A stretch of DNA of 64,000 bases, from the NCBI GenBank assembly GCA_963806225.1, contig CAWDXG010000004.1, forward strand, positions 3,616,001-3,680,000, given 5' to 3'. Positions within the stretch are counted from its first letter, which is position 1. Each line of letters begins with the position of its first letter. The position numbers and the translations under genes are program-made. This stretch comes from an uncultured delta proteobacterium. Its GTDB lineage: Bacteria > Myxococcota_A > Polyangia > Polyangiales > Polyangiaceae. This document shows, in pieces, positions 9,995-20,188 of the stretch. Under the pieces are notes generated by a model that made no database searches, was not told the origin of the DNA, and saw only the letters and a program-made list of their open reading frames with translations.

Positions 9995-12238
9995 ATGGCC
10001 GGCGCTGGACGATTTCCGCGAGTGGACGCACGCGGATTGCCGCTGGCCGATCCACGGGTCGAGCGCATCGGGCGCATCCTGGCGGCGATCACGAGCCTGT
10101 GGTTTCTGGCAGCCGCGGCGTGGGAGATCGCAGGCCCGTTCGGTGCCGGGCACTACGCCTCGTCGGCATCCGTCGGCATCGGCGGCGAGAACATCTTCCA
10201 CTGGGGGATCCTCGGGCCCGTACTCGAGTACACGCTGAGGAAGCCGACCAGCGCGCTCTACTACTGCCACCATCCGTGGGGCATCTACTGGACGACTGCG
10301 GTGCTCGTGAAGCTGTTCGGGCACCACGACCTCGTGTGCCGGCTGGCTCCAGTGCTGCTCAGCGCGGCGACGCCGCCGCTCCTGTACGGGATCGGCCGTG
10401 CGCTATGGGGCCCGATTGCCGGAGCGCTGTCGGCCGCTTCGTTCGTCGTGCTGCCGATCGCGCTGGCGTTTGCGGACTTCAACGCTTTCGAAGTGCCGAC
10501 GATTTTCGGGGTGCTGCTCTGCACGTGGGGCTACGTGCGGCTGAGCCAGACCTGGAAGCGGCGCTTTCTGGTAGCGAGCCTGATCGGCGCGTTCTGGGCG
10601 GTGAACAGCGACTGGCCCGGGTTCATGTTCCTGGCGGTGGTCCTCGCGTTCATGCTGCCGCGGGGGCTCTTGCTCCGGCGCTTCTGGTACGCGCCGGTCG
10701 ACACGCGGCGCTTTGCACAGTGGTGGTCGATCGCGGCGTCGATCGCCGTGGTGGTGCTGCTGTTCTACATCTACGAGTTCCAGCACGCGAAGCAGCTCGC
10801 CGTCTTCCTGACGCAGGGACAAATCCGCGCGAGCGGCGCCTCGATGTCGCTCGACAAGGTGCTGGAGAGCCGGAAATACTGGATCGAAGTCTCCTTCACG
10901 CCGCTGGCGATCTTCCTCGGCAAGGTCGCGCTGCCGCTGCTCGTCCTCAGGCTCGTTCTGCTGCGGCGGGATCTGGAGGTGTTCCCGCTCGCGATCCTGG
11001 TGATGGCGACGGTGCAGTACCTGGTGTTCAAGGAGGGCGCGGACATCCACATCTTCTGGCCGCACTACTTCGCGCCGTACTTCGGGTTGGCGGTGGGCGC
11101 CATCGCGGCGAGCGCGGAGGGTGCAGCGCGCTGGCTGGTGCTCCGGGTGCGCGGAGCGGGCGGCATGCTGGTGCCACCGCTGTCGGCGCTGGCGGTGTTC
11201 ATCTGGGTGCCGTTGGCGATTCTGCCCGACGGCATCGACGGCCTGAACTACGCGCGCAACACGGGCGGCCGCTTCAACGAAAACGGCCGCATCATCCACC
11301 AGGACGTGGACAAGGCGGCGCTGATGAAGTGGCTCGAACCGAAGATGGAGAGCCACACGTCGGCGGCTTTCGACATCGCCATGCGCTTCCAGTGGTCATT
11401 CGCCTGGGAGCTGCGGCGCCCGGTCGACCCGATCAGCCCTCCCCCTGCCCGCCGCAAGACCGGCACGCGCCAGTACTTCCTGGTCGATACGCGCTTTGTG
11501 TCCTCGGACAAGGAGTTGACGTCGCTCGCGGACAGCTTCGCGGTCACGGCGGTCGGTCCGTACTGGACGATCAATCGCGGCAAGCCGAAGGCGCCCATCG
11601 AGGGCTACGTGTTCCAGCGGCGCGAGCCGAGCTGGTTCGAGTGGTGCCTCTACCAGGCGCACGACCCGGTCTACACGATCCAGAAGGACGCCTATCACAC
11701 GTGGGAGCTCCGCGACAGCTACGGGCAGGAGCCGAACCCCGCCCCGCAGGGTCCGCTGCTCACACCCGATCAACGCCGCGTCGCACACAACATGGCCCTC
11801 GCCGGAGGCGACACCGCACTGGCGGCCAAGCTGGAGCAGGAGCTCGTTTCGGATCTCGATCGGTCGGTTGCGGTTCGCTACGACGACGGCACCGAGCTGC
11901 TCGGAATGAGCTTCGACAAGGGCGTAGCACCCCGTCTGACGCTCTACTTCAAGGCGAGCGGATCCGAGAAAAACATGGAGTTCGAGATCCGCTCGGAAGT
12001 GGAAAAGAAGAAGAAGTGGTCCTGGGTCCCGGCGGACGAAAAGGTGCGTGTAGTCGGCATGCCGTTCAGCATCCCGTCCGGCCTGTGGAAGAAGGGCTTC
12101 ATCTACACGTCCGTCACCGAGATAAGAAAGCGCCCCGGTCTCGAGCGCTACTACGGCTACTTCCACACGGTACGCGGCGGCACCCCGCCGCTGCCCGCGA
12201 AGGGCGGCGTGCGGCGTACGTTGTTGATGCTCCAGTAG
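9995..12238 (+). CDS. GT-C fold membrane glycosyltransferase (ArnT/PMT, GT39-like) with C-terminal extracytoplasmic domain
   Basis: YCHHPWG loop, LVCRLAPVLLS, many TM helices, soluble C-terminal domain. Confidence 0.75.
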   Translation: MAGAGRFPRVDARGLPLADPRVERIGRILAAITSLWFLAAAAWEIAGPFGAGHYASSASVGIGGENIFHWGILGPVLEYTLRKPTSALYYCHHPWGIYWTTAVLVKLFGHHDLVCRLAPVLLSAATPPLLYGIGRALWGPIAGALSAASFVVLPIALAFADFNAFEVPTIFGVLLCTWGYVRLSQTWKRRFLVASLIGAFWAVNSDWPGFMFLAVVLAFMLPRGLLLRRFWYAPVDTRRFAQWWSIAASIAVVVLLFYIYEFQHAKQLAVFLTQGQIRASGASMSLDKVLESRKYWIEVSFTPLAIFLGKVALPLLVLRLVLLRRDLEVFPLAILVMATVQYLVFKEGADIHIFWPHYFAPYFGLAVGAIAASAEGAARWLVLRVRGAGGMLVPPLSALAVFIWVPLAILPDGIDGLNYARNTGGRFNENGRIIHQDVDKAALMKWLEPKMESHTSAAFDIAMRFQWSFAWELRRPVDPISPPPARRKTGTRQYFLVDTRFVSSDKELTSLADSFAVTAVGPYWTINRGKPKAPIEGYVFQRREPSWFEWCLYQAHDPVYTIQKDAYHTWELRDSYGQEPNPAPQGPLLTPDQRRVAHNMALAGGDTALAAKLEQELVSDLDRSVAVRYDDGTELLGMSFDKGVAPRLTLYFKASGSEKNMEFEIRSEVEKKKKWSWVPADEKVRVVGMPFSIPSGLWKKGFIYTSVTEIRKRPGLERYYGYFHTVRGGTPPLPAKGGVRRTLLMLQ

Positions 12239-12241
12239 CGG

Positions 12242-14431
12242 CTACTTCACGTCGAGCCCGAGCTCGTGGGCGAAGAACGTGAGGGCGGCGGCCTTGTTGC
12301 CGACGCGCTGGCTGAAGGACGCGGTCACGCCGTGGCCGGCATGCATGCGCGTAATGAGCACGATGGGGCGATTCGACGAAGTGGCGGCCTGGAGCGCAGC
12401 GGCGAATTTGCGCGACTGCCAGGGAGCGACGCGCGGGTCGTTCACACCGGTTTCGAGCAGCACGGCGGGATAGGCAGCCCCCGGCTTGACGTGGTGGAGC
12501 GGCGAGTAGGCGTACAGCCAGTCGAACTGCTTGTCCTTCGTCACGGTCCCGTACTCGCTGATGTTGTAGCGACCGTTGGGCCAGAGCTCGGCGCGCAGCA
12601 TGTCGTAGATGCCGACAAAGCTGGCGACCGCGCGGAACGCGCTCGGATGCTGGGTGAGCTCGGCGCCCATGAGCAGGCCACCGTTCGAGCCTCCGAGGAT
12701 CCCGAGGTGCTTCTTGTCGGTCCAACCGTGCTTCTCCAGCGCCCTGGCCGCGGCGTAGAAATCGTCGAAGTCGTTCTGCTTGTTCTCGAGCATCCCCTGT
12801 GCGTGCCAGTCCTCGCCGAACTCGCCGCCGCCGCGGATGTTGGCCACGGCGTACACACCGCCGTGCTCGAGCCAGGTCAGATACGGTCCGAGGAAGCGCG
12901 GTCCGACCACCACGCCGTAGCCGCCATAGGCGTTGAGGATGGTGGGGCGTTTGCGATCCGGTTTCACGCCCTTGAGCGAAAGCACCGTCACCGGCACCTT
13001 CGTGCCGTCCTTCGACACCGCCGTCACGAGGTGGGTCTCGACCCTGGAATAGTCTGCCGGCGGTTTGACCGAGAAGATCGTAGAGAGCTTGCCCGCGCTG
13101 GCGTCGTAGCGCGCCCAGCGCCCGGCGATCTTCCAGCCCGAATACTCGAATAGAACCTGGTCCGACAGGTCGCTCGACGCCACATCGTTCACGGAGATGC
13201 CGTCGGCGGGCAGCGGCACGCTGCGCACGCGCTTGCCCTTCTCGTCGTACTGGTCCACGCGCCAGGTCGGCCCCTGCACCATCACCAGCACGAACCCGCC
13301 CTTTATCGCGTAGACGCCGTGCATCGCCCACTTCTGCTCTGCAACGAGCTGGCGCATCCCGCCCTTCTCGTCGAGCGAGAGCAGGCGGCCCATGGGCGCG
13401 CCCTGGTGCGTTACCGCAAGCAGGTTGTCACCCAGCCACGACGCGGCGCCGCCGTTCAGCCGCGGCGCGCCGCCCGCGCGTACGTTCGCGTCGGGGCCCA
13501 ACACGCGCTTCCACCCGGCGCCCTTCTCCATGAACACGCGCGTGGGATTGCCGTCTCCGAAGTGCACGAGGATGGCGCGGTGCTTTCCGTCACCCGAGAC
13601 GGCGAAGGAGTACTCCGCAACCGGCGAGAGATCCTTGCCGAACGCTAGCTTGTCGTCCTTGACCGGCTTTGCGAGTACGTGGTGATAGATGGCGGCGTTG
13701 AACTGCAGGTCGCTCTTCTTCACCGTTCCGGGCAGCGGCAGCCGGACATAGAGCAGGCCCTTCGAGTCCGGGTCCCAGGCCAGCGCCTGCGGCGTGGTGC
13801 CGCCGCCGGCGTAAGGCAGGCTGTCCGAAAGCTGCTTGCCGTCGGAGACGCGCACCACGTGAATCGTCGTGGCTTCGCTGCCGCCCTCCGCCGTGCCGTA
13901 CGCGACGTAGGTTCCGTCCGGCGATGGCCAGTAGCGCGTGATGGCCGTGCCGCGCGACTTGTTGGGGTCGTAGAGCACCTTCGCCTTGCCTTCCGGCCAG
14001 GGCTGCAGTGCCAGCACGGCCTGCTGCTGCGGCGGCGTCTGCTCCAGGAAGAACAGCTTCCCTGCCCCGAGCACGGGGGCGAAGCGGTCGGTAGACGTGA
14101 GCGAGAGCTGCCGCACCCGCTTCTCGATCGCCTTGCGCTCGGGGAACGAACCCATCACCTTGTCGGCGTAGGCATTCTGTTTCTTGATCCAGTCGTTGAC
14201 GGCGGGAGCATCGCCGTTCTCGAGCCAGCGGTACGGATCCATCACGGCCGCGCTGAAGTAGTGGTCGACAACGTCGTGCTTTGGCGTGGGCGGCGGCTTC
14301 AGCGTCGCGCTGGACGGCGGCTTGGCGCTCGGCGCGGGCTTGGCGCTCTTCGACTTGTCGTGACATGCCGGCAGCAGGGCCGCAGAAAGAAGGGCGATGG
14401 GGGCCAGGCGCGTCGCTCGTGCTCGGTTCAT
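12242..14431 (-). CDS. Prolyl oligopeptidase (S9A) lipoprotein
   Basis: LLPAC lipobox, DPYRWLE, NIRGGGEFG, GGSNGG, DPRV, AGHG. Confidence 0.93.
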   Translation of the reverse strand: MNRARATRLAPIALLSAALLPACHDKSKSAKPAPSAKPPSSATLKPPPTPKHDVVDHYFSAAVMDPYRWLENGDAPAVNDWIKKQNAYADKVMGSFPERKAIEKRVRQLSLTSTDRFAPVLGAGKLFFLEQTPPQQQAVLALQPWPEGKAKVLYDPNKSRGTAITRYWPSPDGTYVAYGTAEGGSEATTIHVVRVSDGKQLSDSLPYAGGGTTPQALAWDPDSKGLLYVRLPLPGTVKKSDLQFNAAIYHHVLAKPVKDDKLAFGKDLSPVAEYSFAVSGDGKHRAILVHFGDGNPTRVFMEKGAGWKRVLGPDANVRAGGAPRLNGGAASWLGDNLLAVTHQGAPMGRLLSLDEKGGMRQLVAEQKWAMHGVYAIKGGFVLVMVQGPTWRVDQYDEKGKRVRSVPLPADGISVNDVASSDLSDQVLFEYSGWKIAGRWARYDASAGKLSTIFSVKPPADYSRVETHLVTAVSKDGTKVPVTVLSLKGVKPDRKRPTILNAYGGYGVVVGPRFLGPYLTWLEHGGVYAVANIRGGGEFGEDWHAQGMLENKQNDFDDFYAAARALEKHGWTDKKHLGILGGSNGGLLMGAELTQHPSAFRAVASFVGIYDMLRAELWPNGRYNISEYGTVTKDKQFDWLYAYSPLHHVKPGAAYPAVLLETGVNDPRVAPWQSRKFAAALQAATSSNRPIVLITRMHAGHGVTASFSQRVGNKAAALTFFAHELGLDVK

Positions 14432-14509
14432 GTCGTCACCCACGCTACCGCGACGGCGCGGGCGATGCGAGAGGCACCGGAGCCGCCGCCGCGTGCGGAA
14501 CTGTCCGGG

Positions 14510-16717
14510 TTAGCGCGGAGTGCCCGGCGGAAGCGGTCCGAACTCCAGCTTCCTTCTCGCCATGGAGTTCACGGGGAGCGCGACGTAGCTCTCGACCAGG
14601 TGGTGGAGCACGGGCCTGAGCCGCGAGAACAAGGCGGGCTCGACCTCGATCAGGTTCTTGTGCTCGCCGGGGTCGCTCGTCAAATCGAAGAGGCTGTAGT
14701 CGTTCTTCTGCACGTTGTAGATGAGACGGTACTGCCGGTCGAACAGACCCCAGAGCCAGGGCTTGATGTGGCCTCCACGGTTCCAGGGCTGCATCTCACC
14801 GACGAACGGGCCCCGCTGGCAGCTCTGCCCGAGCATGAGCGGCTCGAGGCTCTTGCCCTGGACCGGACCGGGCTGGGGCAGCCCGAGCAGGTCGACCAGC
14901 GTCGGGAACAGGTCGAACAACGCCACCGGCTGGGCTATCCGGCGCGGCTTCATGCCCGGCACGTGAAAGATGCAGGGAACGCGCACCTGCTCCTCGTAGA
15001 GCGTGCTGCCGTGGAACTTGCCGCCGTGCTCGCCGAACTCCTCGCCGTGATCGGCCACGAACAGGAGCACCGTGTGATCCCAGAGCTGCTTGTCCTTCAG
15101 GTAGCGCACGAGGTCGTCGACGGCGAGGTCGACCAGGCGCACTTCGCCGTCGTAGCGGTCGACCATGGCCTTGTTGCCCCAGGGCGCGATGCGCTTGTCG
15201 TGCTTGAAGTAGAACCAGTGCGGGTCGTAGAAGTGCGCATACACGAAGAACGGGTGGCCCGCGAAGCCATCGATGTAGTGCTCGACGTCGTGGGCCACGT
15301 GGAGCGAGCTCTCTTTCTCGCCGTCCTTCTTCAGCTCCCTGATGCCGCGCGTCACCTTGTGGCGCGGCCCGGCGAGCTCCTCGCCGTACACGGCGGCCGT
15401 GCGGTAGCCGCGGGGAATGAGCGCGTCCTGGATGAGCTTGCGCTGGGGCGGGATGTTCGCGTATTGCGACTTCATCAGGTCGCGCGCCCAGCGCGACTGC
15501 ATGCCGGTGAAGAGCGCGGGGATAGCGAACGCCGTCTGTGGGTGCGGCGAGTAGCAACGCGAGAACTCGACGTTGTGGTCCGCCATCGCCTTGATGTGCG
15601 GCGCCGTGTCCCGCTTGTAGTCGCGGATGCGATCGCCGCGCATGGCGTCCGCGAGCAGCACGATCACGTTCGTACCCCTGGGCAGTGCGAAGCTGCTCTG
15701 GCACGCCGGCCCATGCAGTCTGCCATCGAGCGTGCCGAGCGTCGGGTCCTTCTGGAGCGCGGACCCGTCGCAGTCCTCGTCGACCTTGTTGCCGATGATC
15801 TCGAGGGCGGCCGGATTGATGTGCTTGTCGTGGTCGTTGCAGTCGCCGCCGCCGAAGGACGACGAGTAGCCGTCCTTGTCGTGGTCGGCCCCACGGGCGA
15901 TGAGGCGGGGCAACTCGCTGACCAGCACGCCATGCTCGAGCAGCGCCGCGCGGGTCTCCGGCGCGTACTGCATGTACCCGAGCGCCATCGGCAGCATCAC
16001 GGCCAGCGACAGCAGCGACACGGCGGACAGTGCGACGCCCGCCCAACCGCGCACCCAACGGTCGACGAAGCCGGCCGCCAGTACAGCGACGCCGAACGCC
16101 AGAAGCGACAGGAGCATCGTCATCGGCAGAAGGTCCACGACCCCGGCCACGAGCACGTAGAGCGCGCGGATGAAGGTCACTGCCACCACCGCCATCACGA
16201 CCCACGGCAGGTAGCGACCCGCCCGCTCCCAGCGCCGCGTGACGGCCGCGAGCACCTGGAGCGACAGAGCGTAGATGGAAAGCGCGAACGCCCACACCAC
16301 GAGCTCGGCCAACGCGAACGTCCATTGCGCGAGACCGATGTTGTGGAAGCCGGCCGTCAGGAATCGTCCCACCATCACGATCGTGACCTGGAACGCGAAG
16401 CCGACCCCAAGCAACGCGGCCATCAGGCGCGGCGCGCGCGGCTTTTCCAGCCGCTCGAACGTGCCCTGCACCCCGAGCCGCAACGCGAGTGCAACCGGCG
16501 AGAGCAGAGCTGCCGTACCGATGCCGAACGCGATCGCTGCAACGAACAGCATGTAGTGCGGCACGCCGCTGGACAACCGATGACCCAGACGCACCGCCTC
16601 GACGAGACCGGCCACGGCGCCGACCAGCAGCGGTGCACACAGCCGTACCGCCCAGCGCACAGGCCCTTCCAGGCGCGACAGAGCGCGGGCCGGCGCGGCG
16701 GGCTCTGCAAGCGTCAT
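14510..16717 (-). CDS. Membrane-anchored alkaline-phosphatase/sulfatase-fold protein with a DCND metal-binding repeat
   Basis: N-terminal TMs; DHDKDGY..GDCNDHDKHINPAALEIIGNKVDEDCDG; ADAMRGD, HFYDPH, YDGEV, ADHGEEFGEHG. Confidence 0.85.
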   Translation of the reverse strand: MTLAEPAAPARALSRLEGPVRWAVRLCAPLLVGAVAGLVEAVRLGHRLSSGVPHYMLFVAAIAFGIGTAALLSPVALALRLGVQGTFERLEKPRAPRLMAALLGVGFAFQVTIVMVGRFLTAGFHNIGLAQWTFALAELVVWAFALSIYALSLQVLAAVTRRWERAGRYLPWVVMAVVAVTFIRALYVLVAGVVDLLPMTMLLSLLAFGVAVLAAGFVDRWVRGWAGVALSAVSLLSLAVMLPMALGYMQYAPETRAALLEHGVLVSELPRLIARGADHDKDGYSSSFGGGDCNDHDKHINPAALEIIGNKVDEDCDGSALQKDPTLGTLDGRLHGPACQSSFALPRGTNVIVLLADAMRGDRIRDYKRDTAPHIKAMADHNVEFSRCYSPHPQTAFAIPALFTGMQSRWARDLMKSQYANIPPQRKLIQDALIPRGYRTAAVYGEELAGPRHKVTRGIRELKKDGEKESSLHVAHDVEHYIDGFAGHPFFVYAHFYDPHWFYFKHDKRIAPWGNKAMVDRYDGEVRLVDLAVDDLVRYLKDKQLWDHTVLLFVADHGEEFGEHGGKFHGSTLYEEQVRVPCIFHVPGMKPRRIAQPVALFDLFPTLVDLLGLPQPGPVQGKSLEPLMLGQSCQRGPFVGEMQPWNRGGHIKPWLWGLFDRQYRLIYNVQKNDYSLFDLTSDPGEHKNLIEVEPALFSRLRPVLHHLVESYVALPVNSMARRKLEFGPLPPGTPR

Positions 16718-18396
16718 CGGCCCGCCCCGGCGCCGTCGTCCGGGGACTGGACGCGGTTGTACAACGTGAAATCCTCGATCTGCTTGTCCCGCTTGTAGTG
16801 CTCTTCAATCAGCTCCTGGAGCTCGGGGAACGTCTCGAGGGCACGCGCCGAGTCCCGGCGGTCGCCGGTCACCCAGGAAAACACGTCGTTCTTCTCGACC
16901 ACGATCACATCCGGCGGATGGCGCTCGAGATCCTGCATGAGCTGTTGGCGCGCGTACCAGCGCTGCCACGTGACGCGCTGGGGCACGTTGTAGATGAAGC
17001 GGGACGACGGCTTGCGGCGCGCGATCCAGTAGATGACCGGCTCGAACCCCCAGACGTAGATGTGGGCGTTCTTCGGCGTGTTCTGCGCGATGTCCATCGC
17101 CACGCGGCGGTCGGCGTCGAGGTTGTAGTCGGCCACGTAGTAGAGCTCGTGGTCGAGGAGCTCGCGCGAGCTGTAGGACGTTTTTCCGAGCAGGTACTCC
17201 ATCCGCACCATGCTCCGCCACCAGAACGAGCCGGGCAGGTCACGAACCGCCGTGCGCATGAGGGCCGCGACAACAAGAAACGACGCGAACGCGATCATGC
17301 CGCCCGCACCACCGGGCAGACAGCGTCGCCACAGCTTGTACAGCCCGAGGCCGGCGATGAACGCGATGAGCGGCAGCGTGGCCGAGTAGTGGTACTGGAA
17401 GAACTTGCCCTGCATCGCAATGCCGGCGATGTGCACGGAGATGATGCCGAAGAGCAGGAACAGGCCTTCCCGCTCGCGCGTGTGCGTCGGACGGATGACG
17501 AGCGCGGCGATGACGCCAAAGGCCGCCAACGCGGAAAAGTGGAAGAACGCTTCTTCGAGGCCGTAGTAGAACGCCGAGGCAGCGCCCTGCTGGTGCCAGC
17601 CGAGCCGCGTGTAGCCGGGTGTGAAGTGGATGAAGGTCCAGTAGAGCGCCGGCCAGGCACCCCGCAGCTTGAACCAGAGCAGCACGGCTCCGATGGGAAC
17701 CAGGCTCGCGAGCCCGACGACCAGCACGGGCCACAGCGCGGCCAGGCGGCGGCTGGTGCGCCGGTATTCGCGCTGGGCGAGATAGGCGGCGCACACCAGC
17801 GCGCCTCCGCCGAGCGGCGGTTTGAGCAGGAAAGCGAAGCCGAACAGAGCGCCCGCGCCGGCCCACGCGATCCACGCGCGACGGCGATTCGGGTCGCTGA
17901 CGGTGAGCACGACGGCGTACGCGGTCAGGAAGCCGCCGAAGGCCTCGGGCTGGCCGGTGTGCCAGAAGCCGAGCTGGGCGTGGATGAGCGCGGCCAGCGC
18001 GCCGCCGATGATGCCCACGCGCTGCAGGCCGAAGAAGGTGCCGGCCAGGCTGCGGAACGCGACCACCATGCCGAGCAGCCCCGCGACCTCGAGCAGGCGC
18101 GGCGCGAGCATGCTGCGGCCGAACACGGCCTGCGCCAGCGCGTACACAAAATAGATGCCGGGCGGCTTGAAATCCCACAGGTCGCGGTACGGCATCTTGC
18201 CGTGCAGGAGCCCGTTCGCGACCACGGCGTAGATGCCCTGGTCCCGCCCGAAGCTCATCAGCAGGATCTGCAGACAGCTCAGCGCGATGGTCACCCACGC
18301 CAGGACGGTGAGCCAGAAGTCCGGATCCGCCACGCGCTGGCGCGGCAGCGCGTCTACCGCTTCCGCGGCAGGCGGCGGGACCGAGGTGCTCGGCAT
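16714..18396 (-). CDS. GT-C fold membrane glycosyltransferase (GT39-like)
   Basis: RDQGIY, PYRDLWDFKPPGIY, many TMs, FFQYHY. Confidence 0.8.
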   Translation of the reverse strand: MPSTSVPPPAAEAVDALPRQRVADPDFWLTVLAWVTIALSCLQILLMSFGRDQGIYAVVANGLLHGKMPYRDLWDFKPPGIYFVYALAQAVFGRSMLAPRLLEVAGLLGMVVAFRSLAGTFFGLQRVGIIGGALAALIHAQLGFWHTGQPEAFGGFLTAYAVVLTVSDPNRRRAWIAWAGAGALFGFAFLLKPPLGGGALVCAAYLAQREYRRTSRRLAALWPVLVVGLASLVPIGAVLLWFKLRGAWPALYWTFIHFTPGYTRLGWHQQGAASAFYYGLEEAFFHFSALAAFGVIAALVIRPTHTREREGLFLLFGIISVHIAGIAMQGKFFQYHYSATLPLIAFIAGLGLYKLWRRCLPGGAGGMIAFASFLVVAALMRTAVRDLPGSFWWRSMVRMEYLLGKTSYSSRELLDHELYYVADYNLDADRRVAMDIAQNTPKNAHIYVWGFEPVIYWIARRKPSSRFIYNVPQRVTWQRWYARQQLMQDLERHPPDVIVVEKNDVFSWVTGDRRDSARALETFPELQELIEEHYKRDKQIEDFTLYNRVQSPDDGAGAGR

Positions 18397-18455
18397 GGGG
18401 GCGACACGCTAGCGAACCTGCCACGGCGCTGGCTAGCGCCGCCGCCAGCCGGCGC

Positions 18456-18484
18456 TTGACCGGGCCCGGTTCCCCCTCTATTCC
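18456..18484 (+). promoter_or_regulatory. Candidate sigma70 promoter of tRNA-Arg
   Basis: TTGACC-17 nt-TATTCC about 30 nt upstream of the tRNA; weak -10. Confidence 0.4.
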
Positions 18485-18512
18485 AGCGTCCGGCGCCGGC
18501 TCCGGCGCCCCC

Positions 18513-18586
18513 GCGCCCCTAGCTCAGCTGGATAGAGCATCGGACTTCGAATCCGCAGGTCGCCCGTTCGAATCGGGCGGGGCGCG
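18513..18586 (+). tRNA. tRNA-Arg (anticodon TCG)
   Basis: Acceptor GCGCCCC/GGGGCGC, D arm GCTC/GAGC, anticodon loop CT-TCG-AA, T arm GCCCG-TTCGAAT-CGGGC; CCA not encoded. Confidence 0.95.
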
Positions 18587-18613
18587 CAAGAAACGATGTG
18601 TTCGGCTCTCGGG

Positions 18614-18643
18614 CTGGGACAAACTGGGACAGCTGGGACAGCT
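18614..18643 (+). repeat. 3x CTGGGACA direct repeats (candidate integrase arm sites)
   Basis: Copies at 18614, 18624, 18633. Confidence 0.7.
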
Positions 18644-18931
18644 CGCAGCAACGCCCCTCGCCGTGCCATCAGCCGTCAAGACGCAAGCCCGCCAGTCGCT
18701 CGAAGGGCTGTGGGTCCGCGCTGGATTGAATGGCCTCCCGGCGACCGATACCCTCACCTGCACCAACCAAGGAGAACCAGGACCAAGAGCCCAGCCGAAC
18801 GTCGCTTCGTTCCGATCACGATTCCGCGGAACACGTGGCTACGATGGCGCGAAACGGCCGATCATGGTGGGCGAAATCCGCACGAAGGCGAGTGGGACGC
18901 CACGGCCCCCTGCGAGCGCGCTAGGAAGTCT

Positions 18932-20188
18932 CTAGGGCGGGATGGGCTCCGTCTGGCACTGCCAGCTCAGGCCAGGGTCGTCGAGGTTGTACAGCACGAC
19001 GCGGATCTCGTCCTTCACGGGATCGCGCCAGAGCGTCACCAGCTTCGAGCCATACGCGGCCTTGTATCCGGTGATACGTCCGCCGGTGAGCTCGCACTTG
19101 TTGCCGGTGGACAGATCGAAGCGGACCAGAACAGTGGTCTGGCCATAAAGGGTCTGCGCTTGGTCCGGGTTCTGGTTGGGGCCGTCGGGGGTCTGGTTCC
19201 AGTAGACGAAGTCGCCGTCAACTGCGGGGAAATTCTTGCCGTGCGGTGAATTGGGCGAGTCGTAGGTGATTCGGCGCGTCTTGTGCGCCACCAGGTCCCT
19301 CATGTAGACCTCGCCGCCGTCGCGGCTGAAGTTGTAGTCCGAGTTCCGGCCAGGCGGATCGCGGTAGTCCATCCACACGAACTGGGTCCGGTCAGGCGAA
19401 CAGAATCCCTCGAACTGGATCGCCCCGCCGTAGTCGAGGTAGCCGGCCTTGCCGGTGTCGAGATCGATATCGTAGATGCTGCCGAGGTCCGCGCAGATAA
19501 GCTCGTGCTCGGTAGCGCAGATGTCGTGGCAGACGAAGCTGCCGGGCATGAGCAGCTTGACCTCGCCGGTCTGGAGATCGCGGCTCATCAGGCCCTTGCC
19601 GTCCATTTCCCAGAAGACGTATCGGGAGTTGAGGGCGGTGCGTGTTGCGTTGTTCGTGCCGGCTTGAGCGGGCGTGTACCTGTAGACGATCTTCGTCTCG
19701 CCAGTGATCAGATCCATGACCTCGACCTGACCGTCGCCGACGCCTAGATTGCGGACGAACGCTACCCGACGGCCGGCGACGTAGGGGTCAAGTTGTGCCT
19801 CGTTGAAAGTGGGGTCAGGACCAAACACTGTTGTCTCGGTTGAGTCCAATTTCGTTGCCATGGGACCGACCTGGACACCCTCGGAGACAATGCGCGTCGC
19901 GTCGAACGAGAATGCGTGGACGGTCGCAATGGGGACGGCGTGGTTCAACAGCATCCTGCACCCGACGCCACAGTCCGGCTGCCCCTGCGGCCCGATCGTC
20001 GGCCAGGCCTTCGGCGCCGTGTCGTGCCAGATCGGATCCCACGGCGTGCCGGCCTCCGCGTCGCTACCTGGCGCGTCCGCTTTTGCGTCGGTCGCTCCGG
20101 CGTCTTTTGACGGTTGCGCACTGTCCGTCCCGGGGCACCCTGCCAGAAGCAGCGCGCCAAGGAGCACGGCAAAGCGCGACCAGGTCAC
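18932..20188 (-). CDS. Lipoprotein with predicted beta-propeller (TolB-like repeats)
   Basis: GTG overlaps upstream TGA; LLAGC lipobox; repeats VMDLITGE, SRDLQTGE, DIDLDTGK, FVWMDYRD. Confidence 0.75.
   Translation of the reverse strand: MTWSRFAVLLGALLLAGCPGTDSAQPSKDAGATDAKADAPGSDAEAGTPWDPIWHDTAPKAWPTIGPQGQPDCGVGCRMLLNHAVPIATVHAFSFDATRIVSEGVQVGPMATKLDSTETTVFGPDPTFNEAQLDPYVAGRRVAFVRNLGVGDGQVEVMDLITGETKIVYRYTPAQAGTNNATRTALNSRYVFWEMDGKGLMSRDLQTGEVKLLMPGSFVCHDICATEHELICADLGSIYDIDLDTGKAGYLDYGGAIQFEGFCSPDRTQFVWMDYRDPPGRNSDYNFSRDGGEVYMRDLVAHKTRRITYDSPNSPHGKNFPAVDGDFVYWNQTPDGPNQNPDQAQTLYGQTTVLVRFDLSTGNKCELTGGRITGYKAAYGSKLVTLWRDPVKDEIRVVLYNLDDPGLSWQCQTEPIPP

Noticed and set aside
13679..16798. Long antisense/alternate-frame ORFs (also 28217-30733, 38492-41332, 51079-53643, 55501-57540 and others)
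   Set aside because: Shadow ORFs expected in high-GC DNA opposite genes with clear motifs; Arg/Ala/Pro-rich with no domains
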